Assembly (NCBI GenBank): GCA_023038255.1
Contig: CP082927.1
Coordinates: 18,436-82,435, forward strand
DNA length: 64,000 nucleotides
Direction of reading: 5' to 3'
From: Candidatus Peribacteria bacterium
GTDB taxonomy: Bacteria > Patescibacteriota > Gracilibacteria > Peribacterales > Peribacteraceae
Below the pieces are notes generated by a model. The model was not told the origin of the DNA and did no database searches. It saw only the letters and a program-made list of their open reading frames with translations. This document shows, piece after piece, positions 9,144 through 16,756 of the stretch. Position numbers and translations under genes: made by a program. How positions within the stretch are numbered: the first letter of the stretch is position 1; each line of letters starts with the position of its first letter.

Positions 9144-11210
9144 ATGGACATCTCCGTCCGAACCGGACACACACGGGCTCAGCGCGACATGACACTTGTG
9201 TCTCTGCCTTTTGAAAGCATGCAGAAAGAGCAGGTGTGTTTGCTGATGGAAGTGCTCGGGAAAGACGATAGTGCCCGCACGATTGTTCACGAATGTGAAC
9301 TGATTGTGCAGCATGCAGTGTTGGAAGCGGAGGGCGATGCCGCAGAGCGTCTGGATAGTGCACTCAAAGAAATGAATGGTCTCCTGAAAGGCATGCTTCT
9401 CTCGGGGGCGGTCCAGGACGTTCACATGATTATCGCAATTATGGATCGTAACGATGTGCTCCACATTTCCCATGCGGGGCGTGCGGAGGGGTATCTCATC
9501 CGCAAAGGGATTGCGAGCCAGATTACGGAATACAGCGGCGGCAAGCCGACACCCGCATTCGTGCACATCGCAAGCGGTGCTATTGAGCCAAACGATATGC
9601 TGGTCTTTTCAACCCAGCGCTTGCTCCGGTCACTCACGCCGGCACAACTTGCAAAGCTTGCAGCAAACCGCGACACCGTTCTGGAAATGCTGGAGCGTGC
9701 ACTTGAAACAGACAGTGAACATGCGGCACTCGCCACCCTCGATTTTGCACCGAGCGGCGGCAAGGCATTCATCGACGAACCGCTTCGTGGCAGAGAAGAG
9801 ACACGGTCTGTCCCGCGCTCCCGCAGGGGGCAGCAGCAGACGGTCCTCGAAAAAATCGTATCCTTCCTCCCGTCATTCGCAACGATCCGCTCCTCTATTC
9901 CGTCGGTAGAAACGGTGCGCTCCCATCTGCCGTCCAAAGAAGCGATGGATAAGGTCAGCAAAAAAGTAGCGAAAGGCGGTACGTCGTCACTCTCCTTCCT
10001 TTCCACGATCGGTTCCATGAAATGGGTCGGGACTGTGAAAGACCGCTTTACGGAACTGATGGCCGATCTGCATCATCCGAAGCGTCGCAAACGCGCCCAT
10101 CTCCTTCTGATCGCCAGTGCTCTCGTGATGCTCCTGGTCATTTGGGCTGTGGTGCACCTCTTTACCAACAGCCAGCGCAGCAAGACCAGAGCCGACCTCG
10201 AGGCACTCGTCACGCAGATCAACACAGAAATCCAGACAGCGGATAACCGTCACATTATTGGCGATGCGGATGCAGCAAACGCCATCCTCGACAATGCTGC
10301 CGAACATGCAAAGCAGGTCATGGACAACCAGTCCGGTCTCTTCCGTCAGGAAGCATTCAATCTTCTGGAGCGTATCCGCAGCAAAAAAGAGGAGATCAAT
10401 AACATCGTCCGCATTTCCCCGCGCCTGGTTGCAAACCTCTCCACTGATGTGCCGAGTATTCAGGCAACCGGCCTGATCGGCATTGCAGACGGTGAATTCG
10501 TCGCCTTCGACAAGCAGAATGCATACCGCGTTCTCCTGAACTCCGTCGAAGACCCGCACAGAATTTCCGATGACGCTCCCGTCATCGACGGCGCATCTTT
10601 CTCCCGCTTCCAGTCCGAAGTGTTCCTTGTCAGCGGCAACGCTGTGACAGAAGTACAGAACGGCCAGGCTATTACCATGAAAACCGATGATCCAAAGGGG
10701 TGGGTCACCGGCCGCGCCATCTCTGCCTACCTCCGCTTCCTGTACATCCTCTCCCCCGACAACAACCAGATCTACAAGTATGAGCGCCTCAACAACCGCT
10801 ACGGCCCGCCTGTTGAATATAATGTGAACGGCAATCTGCAGAGCTCCCTCGACATGACCATCGACGGCAGTGTGTACGTGCTGAACCAGGGTGGCACGCT
10901 CCTGAAACTCTTCCGCGGCGAGACCCAGCCGTTTGTCATCCGCCAGGCTCCTGCAGATCTCCTGAAAGACGCGACCAAGCTCTTCAAGGTGGCAGACCGC
11001 AACTTCTATCTGCTGGACCCGACCCACGCCCGCGTGATTGTTCTCAGTGATGGTGGTCCGACGGGTGAGTCATCGTACGTGAAGCAGTATGTGGTGGAAG
11101 GTGAGCAGGTCGGCACGCTGCAGGATCTGTATGTTGATAACGATGAGGCGCATTTGTATGTGATGGACGATAAGCGTATTTATGTGATTGATCTGAGCAC
11201 GACGCGTTAA
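9144..11210 (+). CDS. membrane protein: N-terminal PP2C-like (degenerate) domain, one TM helix, repeat-rich C-terminal domain
   Basis: Start moved to ATG 9144 (MDISVRTGH). PP2C-like layout but without the metal-binding DG..G/SDG motifs. TM helix LLLIASALVMLLVIWAVVHLF. Confidence 0.5.
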   Translation: MDISVRTGHTRAQRDMTLVSLPFESMQKEQVCLLMEVLGKDDSARTIVHECELIVQHAVLEAEGDAAERLDSALKEMNGLLKGMLLSGAVQDVHMIIAIMDRNDVLHISHAGRAEGYLIRKGIASQITEYSGGKPTPAFVHIASGAIEPNDMLVFSTQRLLRSLTPAQLAKLAANRDTVLEMLERALETDSEHAALATLDFAPSGGKAFIDEPLRGREETRSVPRSRRGQQQTVLEKIVSFLPSFATIRSSIPSVETVRSHLPSKEAMDKVSKKVAKGGTSSLSFLSTIGSMKWVGTVKDRFTELMADLHHPKRRKRAHLLLIASALVMLLVIWAVVHLFTNSQRSKTRADLEALVTQINTEIQTADNRHIIGDADAANAILDNAAEHAKQVMDNQSGLFRQEAFNLLERIRSKKEEINNIVRISPRLVANLSTDVPSIQATGLIGIADGEFVAFDKQNAYRVLLNSVEDPHRISDDAPVIDGASFSRFQSEVFLVSGNAVTEVQNGQAITMKTDDPKGWVTGRAISAYLRFLYILSPDNNQIYKYERLNNRYGPPVEYNVNGNLQSSLDMTIDGSVYVLNQGGTLLKLFRGETQPFVIRQAPADLLKDATKLFKVADRNFYLLDPTHARVIVLSDGGPTGESSYVKQYVVEGEQVGTLQDLYVDNDEAHLYVMDDKRIYVIDLSTTR

Positions 11211-11211
11211 A

Positions 11212-11246
11212 GGGTTATGGGTGATTGGTTATGGGTTATGGGGTTT
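11212..11246. repeat. tandem heptamer array GGGTTAT GGGTGAT TGGTTAT GGGTTAT GGGGTTT
   Basis: Read directly. Begins 2 nt after the stop at 11210. Confidence 0.85.
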
Positions 11247-11259
11247 TGGAATTCCCCCT

Positions 11260-11700
11260 TTATTTCTTGATGTGTTTACGCCTGATACTGCTTTTGTGAA
11301 TGTGGGGGTCGAAGCCTGGCAAGCGCTCTACGGCATACGGAAGATCATCGTCGGTGATGCCGGGTGGCAGCTTCTGATCATAGCCCAGGAGAATCAGATC
11401 CGGATGGATCTCGCGAACCGGCTTCAGAAAATCCTCACCGTCTCCCAGAATGACATGCGCCGCAGGGAATGCGTTTGCAATCGCGTCCTTGCGGGCATCT
11501 TCGGTTTGTAACGGCGCACGGCCTTTTATTTTCAACACATTGCTATCGCGCGCAACAATCACGTACAAATCCCCTCTCTTGGATGCCTCTGTCAAAAGGA
11601 AGAGGTGGCCGGGATGGAGATCGTCGAATGTGCCGCTTACAAGAATGCGCATAACAGAATCATAGTCGAAAACTTTGGAATCCGCGCACATCTTTCTCAT
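11260..11700 (-). CDS. cytidylyl/adenylyltransferase-family protein (RibL-like FAD synthetase candidate)
   Basis: ILVSGTFDDLHPGH is the (T/H)xGH nucleotidyltransferase motif; ~130-146 aa. ATG 11652 is an alternative start. Confidence 0.7.
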   Translation of the reverse strand: MRKMCADSKVFDYDSVMRILVSGTFDDLHPGHLFLLTEASKRGDLYVIVARDSNVLKIKGRAPLQTEDARKDAIANAFPAAHVILGDGEDFLKPVREIHPDLILLGYDQKLPPGITDDDLPYAVERLPGFDPHIHKSSIRRKHIKK

Positions 11701-11704
11701 TGTT

Positions 11705-11739
11705 CCCCATAACCCATAACTGGTAACCCATAACCAATT
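11705..11739. repeat. heptamer array of the GGGTTAT family, G-rich on the minus strand
   Basis: CCCCATAACCCATAACTGGTAACCCATAACCAATT. Inverted relative to 11212-11246. Confidence 0.85.
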
Positions 11740-11740
11740 C

Positions 11741-11749
11741 TGCTATACT
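11741..11749 (+). promoter_or_regulatory. extended -10 box TGCTATACT, 10 nt upstream of ATG 11760
   Basis: Read directly. Confidence 0.4.
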
Positions 11750-11759
11750 GATACGAAAC

Positions 11760-12005
11760 ATGCACATCCTCACAAAACTCTACCGTCTGCCTTTCGTCCG
11801 CAATATTGCCGGTGCCGCCTTCGGTATGGCAGTCGCGCTTGTGCTCTATGGCGTATACGGCGTCGGCAGCAGGGTTGTTGCAGCGTTGATTCCAGTGGAC
11901 GCCCCATCAGAACAGAACAATGATGTGAATGAGGAAGGCGCGAGGAATGCCAAACTGATAGAGACTGCATTGCGTGCAAAAAAGATTGCAGAGGAGGTAC
12001 ACTGA
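11760..12005 (+). CDS. small membrane protein, unknown function
   Basis: 81-aa ORF with one hydrophobic helix, 5 nt upstream of pilD. Confidence 0.4.
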   Translation: MHILTKLYRLPFVRNIAGAAFGMAVALVLYGVYGVGSRVVAALIPVDAPSEQNNDVNEEGARNAKLIETALRAKKIAEEVH

Positions 12006-12010
12006 GCGGC

Positions 12011-12772
12011 ATGTCCGCCATCTTCCTGGATCCCATTGTCGCCATCCCGCTCCTGGCCATTCTCGGTCTGGTGTTTGGAAGTTTCGGGAACGTGCTGATG
12101 GATCGCGTCACCTCGGAAAAAAGTATGGGAGGGCGGTCGCACTGCATGAGTTGTCATCGCATTCTCACGCCGTGGGAACTGGTGCCGGTCATCAGTTTTT
12201 GTGCACTGCGCGGCAAGTGCTATCAGTGCAAAGCACAGATTCCCTGGGAATACACACTCATTGAATTACTCGGTGGTGCGCTCTTTGTGGTTGCCGGCAT
12301 GCTCACATCGTATGCGCTGCTGCCTGCACTCTTTCTTGCGCTTGCACTCTGGTCCATGCTCCTCATCGGCATTGTCGATGCCCGCACGCAGCTTATCCCC
12401 GATCTCCTGACAGCCGTCCTCGGATTGAGCGCGCTTCTCTATCACGTCTTTCTCGGTGATGTTGTCTGGACCGGCGCCCTTCTTGCGTTCGCGTTTTTCG
12501 GGCTGCAGTGGGCCCTCAGCCGCGGCCACTGGGTTGGCAGCGGTGATATTCTCCTCGGCATCGCACTCGGGCTCCTGCTTGGCCCCTGGCAATACGTAGT
12601 GGTGATGTTAATGGGTGCATACATTGTCGGCGCCCTTCTTGTTTCCGTCTTACTCGGACTCGGGTCCATCTCCCGCACACAGCATATCGCCTTCGGGCCG
12701 TTCCTGGTCGTGGGCACAGTCATCTCGCTGTTGTTTGGGGAGGTGATCTTACGGGTAGTGTGGCCAATGTAA
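12011..12772 (+). CDS. pilD: prepilin peptidase (A24 family)
   Basis: Cys-rich N-domain CMSCHRILTPWELVPVISFCALRGKCYQCKAQI followed by a polytopic A24-like core. Confidence 0.85.
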   Translation: MSAIFLDPIVAIPLLAILGLVFGSFGNVLMDRVTSEKSMGGRSHCMSCHRILTPWELVPVISFCALRGKCYQCKAQIPWEYTLIELLGGALFVVAGMLTSYALLPALFLALALWSMLLIGIVDARTQLIPDLLTAVLGLSALLYHVFLGDVVWTGALLAFAFFGLQWALSRGHWVGSGDILLGIALGLLLGPWQYVVVMLMGAYIVGALLVSVLLGLGSISRTQHIAFGPFLVVGTVISLLFGEVILRVVWPM

Positions 12773-12910
12773 AAAAAATCGGACTCACTCATGGAGAGGA
12801 GCCCGATAATATTCTACGCCAGTCGTGAGGCCACTAAGGGCTGTTCGCTGGCGATGAGCTTCTATTCTCTTCGGGAGGACAGGAGTTCACCGCCAAGAAC
12901 GATGACTGAC
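12771..12910 (-). ncRNA. candidate ~140-nt structured RNA, class unknown
   Basis: Minus-strand TTGACA-16 nt-TAGAAT promoter and an intrinsic terminator: stem 12780-12786 / 12799-12805 with a G-U pair that forms only on the minus strand, then U8. 5' and 3' ends can pair. No convincing ORF. Confidence 0.35.
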
Positions 12911-12916
12911 GAGGTA

Positions 12917-12944
12917 ATTCTATGGGTTTTTGGCAATTTGTCAA
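12917..12944 (-). promoter_or_regulatory. sigma70-like promoter TTGACA-16-TAGAAT for the candidate RNA
   Basis: -35 at 12939-12944 and -10 at 12917-12922, read as reverse complement. Confidence 0.5.
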
Positions 12945-12958
12945 CTATTTTGTACACT
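12930..12958 (+). promoter_or_regulatory. sigma70-like promoter TTGGCA-17-TACACT (TG-extended) for smpB
   Basis: -35 at 12930-12935 and -10 at 12953-12958. Overlaps the divergent promoter. Confidence 0.45.
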
Positions 12959-13006
12959 GTTTCACGCACAGAAACTCCCCTACACTGCCATTCTGCAATT
13001 TCCCCT

Positions 13007-13447
13007 ATGAAAACAGTCGCAAGTAACCGCCGGGCACGTTTTGACTACGACATAGTCGAAACCATTGAGGCTGGGCTGGTGTTGACCGGTCCGGAAGTGA
13101 AATCCTGCCGTTTGGGGCATATCGACTTAAGTGGCGCCTATGTCTCGTTTTTACATGACAAACCTGCGCTCAAGCAGTGCAAAATCTCGCCATATCCGTT
13201 TGCAGCAGCCACAGAAATCCTGCCGATCGGGCGGGACAAGCCGTTGCTCCTGAAAAAAGCGGAGGCGGAAAAATTGCAGACACTCCTCAGCCAGAAAGGA
13301 ATCAGCGTTATTCCTTTGGAAGTGAAAGCAGGAAAATACATCAAAGTGGTGATTGGAATCGGTAAAGGACGGAAGACGATTGATAAGCGGAAAGTGATTA
13401 AAGAAAGAGATATCAAAAAGAGATTGAAGAAGGGGGAGGAAATTTGA
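13007..13447 (+). CDS. smpB: SsrA-binding protein
   Basis: NRRARFDYDIVETIEAGLVLTGPEVKS and a basic C-terminal tail. Start moved to ATG 13007. Confidence 0.9.
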   Translation: MKTVASNRRARFDYDIVETIEAGLVLTGPEVKSCRLGHIDLSGAYVSFLHDKPALKQCKISPYPFAAATEILPIGRDKPLLLKKAEAEKLQTLLSQKGISVIPLEVKAGKYIKVVIGIGKGRKTIDKRKVIKERDIKKRLKKGEEI

Positions 13448-13495
13448 GGATATTTTCTCTGGCTCTTCCCCTTCCCTTCGCCCTATTCTCTTCTC

Positions 13496-14092
13496 ATGTC
13501 TTTGCTCCCGCCCCAAATCACCCGCACGATTGAAGAGTTCCAGAAGCTTCCGGGCGTCGGTGCGAAGTCGGCGGAGAGACTGGTGTTTCATCTTCTCAGA
13601 AGTTCCCGCGCCAATCCGGAGTCGCTCGGAAAGGCACTGATTGAATTGAAGCAGCAGCTGCGTTTTTGCCGCGAGTGTCAGATGGTGACGACGAATGAAC
13701 GGTGTGTAATCTGCGAAGATCTGGGTCGTGACAAGAGCATGATTCTGGTGGTGGAAGAGCCGCTCGAAGTGGTGGCGTTTGAAAAGACGCAGTACAAAGG
13801 CGCCTACCATGTGCTGCATGGCGTGCTCTCGCCTATCGATGGCATGGGCCCGGAACAGTTGAAAATCCGTGAGCTGATTGAGCGCGCAAGAGCAGGGGGC
13901 ATCCGCGAAATTATCATCGCGACGGACCCGGATATTGAAGGTGAAGCGACTGCAACCTATTTGCGCGAACAGTTGAAAACCATTGTCCCGAGCATCACGC
14001 GCCTCGCGCATGGGCTCCCCATGGGGGCGGATATTGAATTTGCGGATCAGGTCACACTGAGAGAGGCGCTGGCGGGAAGACGGTCACTATAA
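13496..14092 (+). CDS. recR: recombination protein RecR
   Basis: LPGVGAKSAERL helix-hairpin-helix, CRECQ..CVIC zinc finger, Toprim-like region. Confidence 0.9.
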   Translation: MSLLPPQITRTIEEFQKLPGVGAKSAERLVFHLLRSSRANPESLGKALIELKQQLRFCRECQMVTTNERCVICEDLGRDKSMILVVEEPLEVVAFEKTQYKGAYHVLHGVLSPIDGMGPEQLKIRELIERARAGGIREIIIATDPDIEGEATATYLREQLKTIVPSITRLAHGLPMGADIEFADQVTLREALAGRRSL

Positions 14093-14139
14093 AAATGGCC
14101 CCTTTCGAGGCCTGGGTTCTTTCTTCCTCACCTGTGCTG

Positions 14140-14349
14140 TTATTTCTGGCGGTACTTTTTCCGGGGCTTTTCTGTTGAAAATAAACCCGCAAAATATGCC
14201 GCAGAAACCAATCCAGCCACCATCACTATCCATGCCCACCACGAGTCGCCAACAGGGTTCCCAGCGTGTCCGCTGATGCCCAAAAGGGTTGAACCGGATA
14301 ACATAACGGCGGAACTGACAAGGATGCCTACAATCTGCATAAAGCGCAT
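14140..14349 (-). CDS. small two-helix membrane protein
   Basis: ATG 14349 is preceded by GGAG. Two hydrophobic segments and a basic C-terminus. Confidence 0.4.
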   Translation of the reverse strand: MRFMQIVGILVSSAVMLSGSTLLGISGHAGNPVGDSWWAWIVMVAGLVSAAYFAGLFSTEKPRKKYRQK

Positions 14350-14483
14350 GCCATTCTCCAAAGAAAGGATCAATCAGAACGATGTGCTCTGATGTATTAG
14401 TATAATAATACATATGAATAGTATGTCAATTACCGATGCTCCCCCCCCATCTCCCATGCCCCATTGCGGAAATGAGGCTTTTT

Positions 14484-14492
14484 TGCTATACT
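14484..14492 (+). promoter_or_regulatory. extended -10 box TGCTATACT upstream of the pilus operon
   Basis: 23 nt upstream of ATG 14516. Confidence 0.45.
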
Positions 14493-14515
14493 GAAGAGAA
14501 ATATTTCGCAGCCTC

Positions 14516-14908
14516 ATGCCAAAAGAAAAACCAACATCCACCACCAAGGCAAAGAAGAAAATTCTCATTGTGGAAGATGAGAGGCCTCTTGCACATGCGC
14601 TCGAATTGAAAATGATGCACGAGGGATACGACACGCACGTTGCATCGACCGGTGAAGAGGGTTTGAAAGAAGCATCAACCGGAAAGTACGATCTCATTCT
14701 GCTCGACCTGATTTTGCCCGGGCTCGACGGCTTTACGATTCTCGAAAATCTCAAACAGAAAAAATCCAAAACAATGGTGATTGTGCTGAGTAACCTGGGA
14801 CAGGATGAAGACCGCAAGAAAGCGGAAGAATACGGAGCGAAACAGTATCTCGTGAAATCCAACGTCCCGCTCGCTGACATTGTAAAAGTCGTAAAGTCCA
14901 TCCTCTAA
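14516..14908 (+). CDS. stand-alone response-regulator receiver (CheY-like)
   Basis: ILIVEDE...DLILLDLILPGLDG...K receiver motifs. 130 aa, no output domain. Confidence 0.85.
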   Translation: MPKEKPTSTTKAKKKILIVEDERPLAHALELKMMHEGYDTHVASTGEEGLKEASTGKYDLILLDLILPGLDGFTILENLKQKKSKTMVIVLSNLGQDEDRKKAEEYGAKQYLVKSNVPLADIVKVVKSIL

Positions 14909-14946
14909 AAAACCCAATCACCAATTTCCAATAACCAATAACCCGC
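14909..14946. repeat. heptamer array AACCCAA TCACCAA TTTCCAA TAACCAA TAACCCG (GGGTTAT family, minus orientation)
   Basis: Fills the receiver-pilB spacer. Confidence 0.8.
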
Positions 14947-14953
14947 ACCCATC

Positions 14954-16756
14954 ATGGCTCTCACAGATGCAGAACTCGGGAAACTTCTTCTGGATTTAAG
15001 CTACCTGTCTGCAGAGGATGTGAAGCGTGCGGAGACGCATGCAAAAGCGCACAGCATGACGCTGAAAGATGCGCTGACAGAGCTCGATCTCCTCAGTCAG
15101 AATATTTACGAAAGTGCGGTCGCGGAGTACTACCACTTGTCCTACTACGATCTCTCCACAAACCCGCCGTTGCCGGAACTGGTGGACCTGTTGCCGGAAG
15201 ATATCGGCCGCAACTACAGCGCGATTGTCATCAAAAATGAGAAGGACAAAATTGTGGTTGCAACATCTGACCCGACAAACAAATTTCTGGAAGAAGCGGT
15301 ACGTCTGAACTTCGGTCAGACAATCGCGATTTTTCCGGACAAGGAGAGTACTGATAAAAAAACAACCTCACGCAAAGCGGCTGCGCATTTTTCTTTCTCC
15401 AAACAGAAGGTCGAAGAGCGCAAAAAGTACACAGGAAAAATTGAATTCGCGTACACCGCGCGCAAAGGTCTCGAAGCGTTTTTCGTACAGTACAGAAAGC
15501 CCTTGGCGACACGCTTCCAGCAGATTATCGATGCCAACAAAAAAGTCGCTCCGGAAATTCTCGAAGAAATTTTCAACGATGCCATCGGTCTTCGCGCATC
15601 CGACATTCACTTCGAACCGCAGGACAAAATTGTCGTTGTGCGCTTCCGCGTGGACGGCGTGCTGCACGAAGCGGGTCGCATTCCGAAGGAATACTACGAA
15701 GGTGTGGTGAACCGCATGAAGATTGCGGCGAACATGCACATCGACGAACACTTCATGGCGCAGGATGGTGCCATCCGTTACGACACCGGTAACGGCAACA
15801 CCATGGACATCCGCGTCTCTATTGTGCCGATTGTCGACGGTGAAAAGATTGTGCTGCGCCTTCTCTCCGAGTACGTGCGCTCCCTCACTCTCGCAGACCT
15901 CGGTTTCTCGGAAGAGCACCGTGCTGTGCTGGAGAAAGCCAGCCACAAACCGTTCGGTATGATCCTCACGACAGGACCCACAGGATCAGGAAAATCTACC
16001 ACGCTCTACGCGCTCCTGAAGCTCCGCAATCACCCGGACGTGAACATTTCCACCATTGAAGATCCGGTTGAATACAAAGTGCCGGGCATCAACCACATTC
16101 AGGTGAATACCGAAACAAACCTCACATTCGCAAACGGTCTCCGCGCTCTGATGCGTCAGGACCCGAATATTATTCTCGTGGGAGAAATCCGCGATGGTGA
16201 AACCGCATCAATCGCTGTGAACGCTGCGCTCACCGGTCACCTTCTCTTTAGTACACTCCACGCAAACGACGCGGTGACATCTGTTCCCCGTCTGCTGGAA
16301 ATGGGCGTCGAGCCGTTCCTTCTGGCATCCACTCTCGAAGTCGTGATTGCCCAGCGTCTCGTACGCCGCATCTGCCCGAACTGTCGCTATAGTTACTCTG
16401 TTTCGCAGAGCGACATCTCGAAACTTTTTCCGAATGCATCCAAGTTCTTCGAAAAGAAGAAGTCCACCCTGCTCTATAAAGGGAAGGGATGTGAGGCGTG
16501 CGGCGGCATCGGCTACTCCGGACGTATCGGTATTTATGAATTGCTCATCATCACACCCGAGGTAGAGGAACTGATTGTGAAGCGCTGTTCCAGTGCGGAG
16601 ATTGAAAAGGTTGCCCGCAGTAAAGGTATGCGTTCACTCTTTGAAGACGGATTCGACAAAATGCTTGCGGGCGCCACCACGCTCGAAGAACTGCTTCGCG
16701 TCGCAAGTCCTCCTTCTGCTCCTGCCCCGCATGTTAAAGAAAACAAAGCAGACTAA
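14954..16756 (+). CDS. pilB: type IV pilus assembly ATPase (GspE/PilB family)
   Basis: T2SSE N-domain, Walker A GPTGSGKST, CPNC..CEAC tetracysteine motif. Confidence 0.9.
   Translation: MALTDAELGKLLLDLSYLSAEDVKRAETHAKAHSMTLKDALTELDLLSQNIYESAVAEYYHLSYYDLSTNPPLPELVDLLPEDIGRNYSAIVIKNEKDKIVVATSDPTNKFLEEAVRLNFGQTIAIFPDKESTDKKTTSRKAAAHFSFSKQKVEERKKYTGKIEFAYTARKGLEAFFVQYRKPLATRFQQIIDANKKVAPEILEEIFNDAIGLRASDIHFEPQDKIVVVRFRVDGVLHEAGRIPKEYYEGVVNRMKIAANMHIDEHFMAQDGAIRYDTGNGNTMDIRVSIVPIVDGEKIVLRLLSEYVRSLTLADLGFSEEHRAVLEKASHKPFGMILTTGPTGSGKSTTLYALLKLRNHPDVNISTIEDPVEYKVPGINHIQVNTETNLTFANGLRALMRQDPNIILVGEIRDGETASIAVNAALTGHLLFSTLHANDAVTSVPRLLEMGVEPFLLASTLEVVIAQRLVRRICPNCRYSYSVSQSDISKLFPNASKFFEKKKSTLLYKGKGCEACGGIGYSGRIGIYELLIITPEVEELIVKRCSSAEIEKVARSKGMRSLFEDGFDKMLAGATTLEELLRVASPPSAPAPHVKENKAD

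Noticed and set aside
9987-11027. 346-aa ORF antisense to 9144..11210
   Set aside because: It is a shadow ORF. The sense-strand protein has a coherent domain, TM and repeat architecture.
11212-11246. Heptamer arrays as a CRISPR array or as telomere-like repeats
   Set aside because: The units are 7 nt with no spacers, each array totals under 40 nt, and they are scattered internally. This fits neither CRISPR (repeats of 23 nt or more plus spacers) nor chromosome ends.
12773-13006. tmRNA or SRP RNA in the spacer next to smpB
   Set aside because: The spacer is too short for tmRNA and has no tRNA-like acceptor/T-arm or tag ORF. The SRP helix-8 consensus (GNAR loop followed by GGAAGCAGC) is absent. 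It is kept only as an unclassified RNA candidate.
13151-14011. 286-aa ORF antisense to smpB and recR
   Set aside because: It spans two well-supported genes on the opposite strand and is a shadow ORF.
16593-16730. Upstream part of the pilC ORF overlapping pilB by 164 nt
   Set aside because: This part lies inside the conserved PilB C-terminus. An internal ATG (16731 or 16776) is more plausible.
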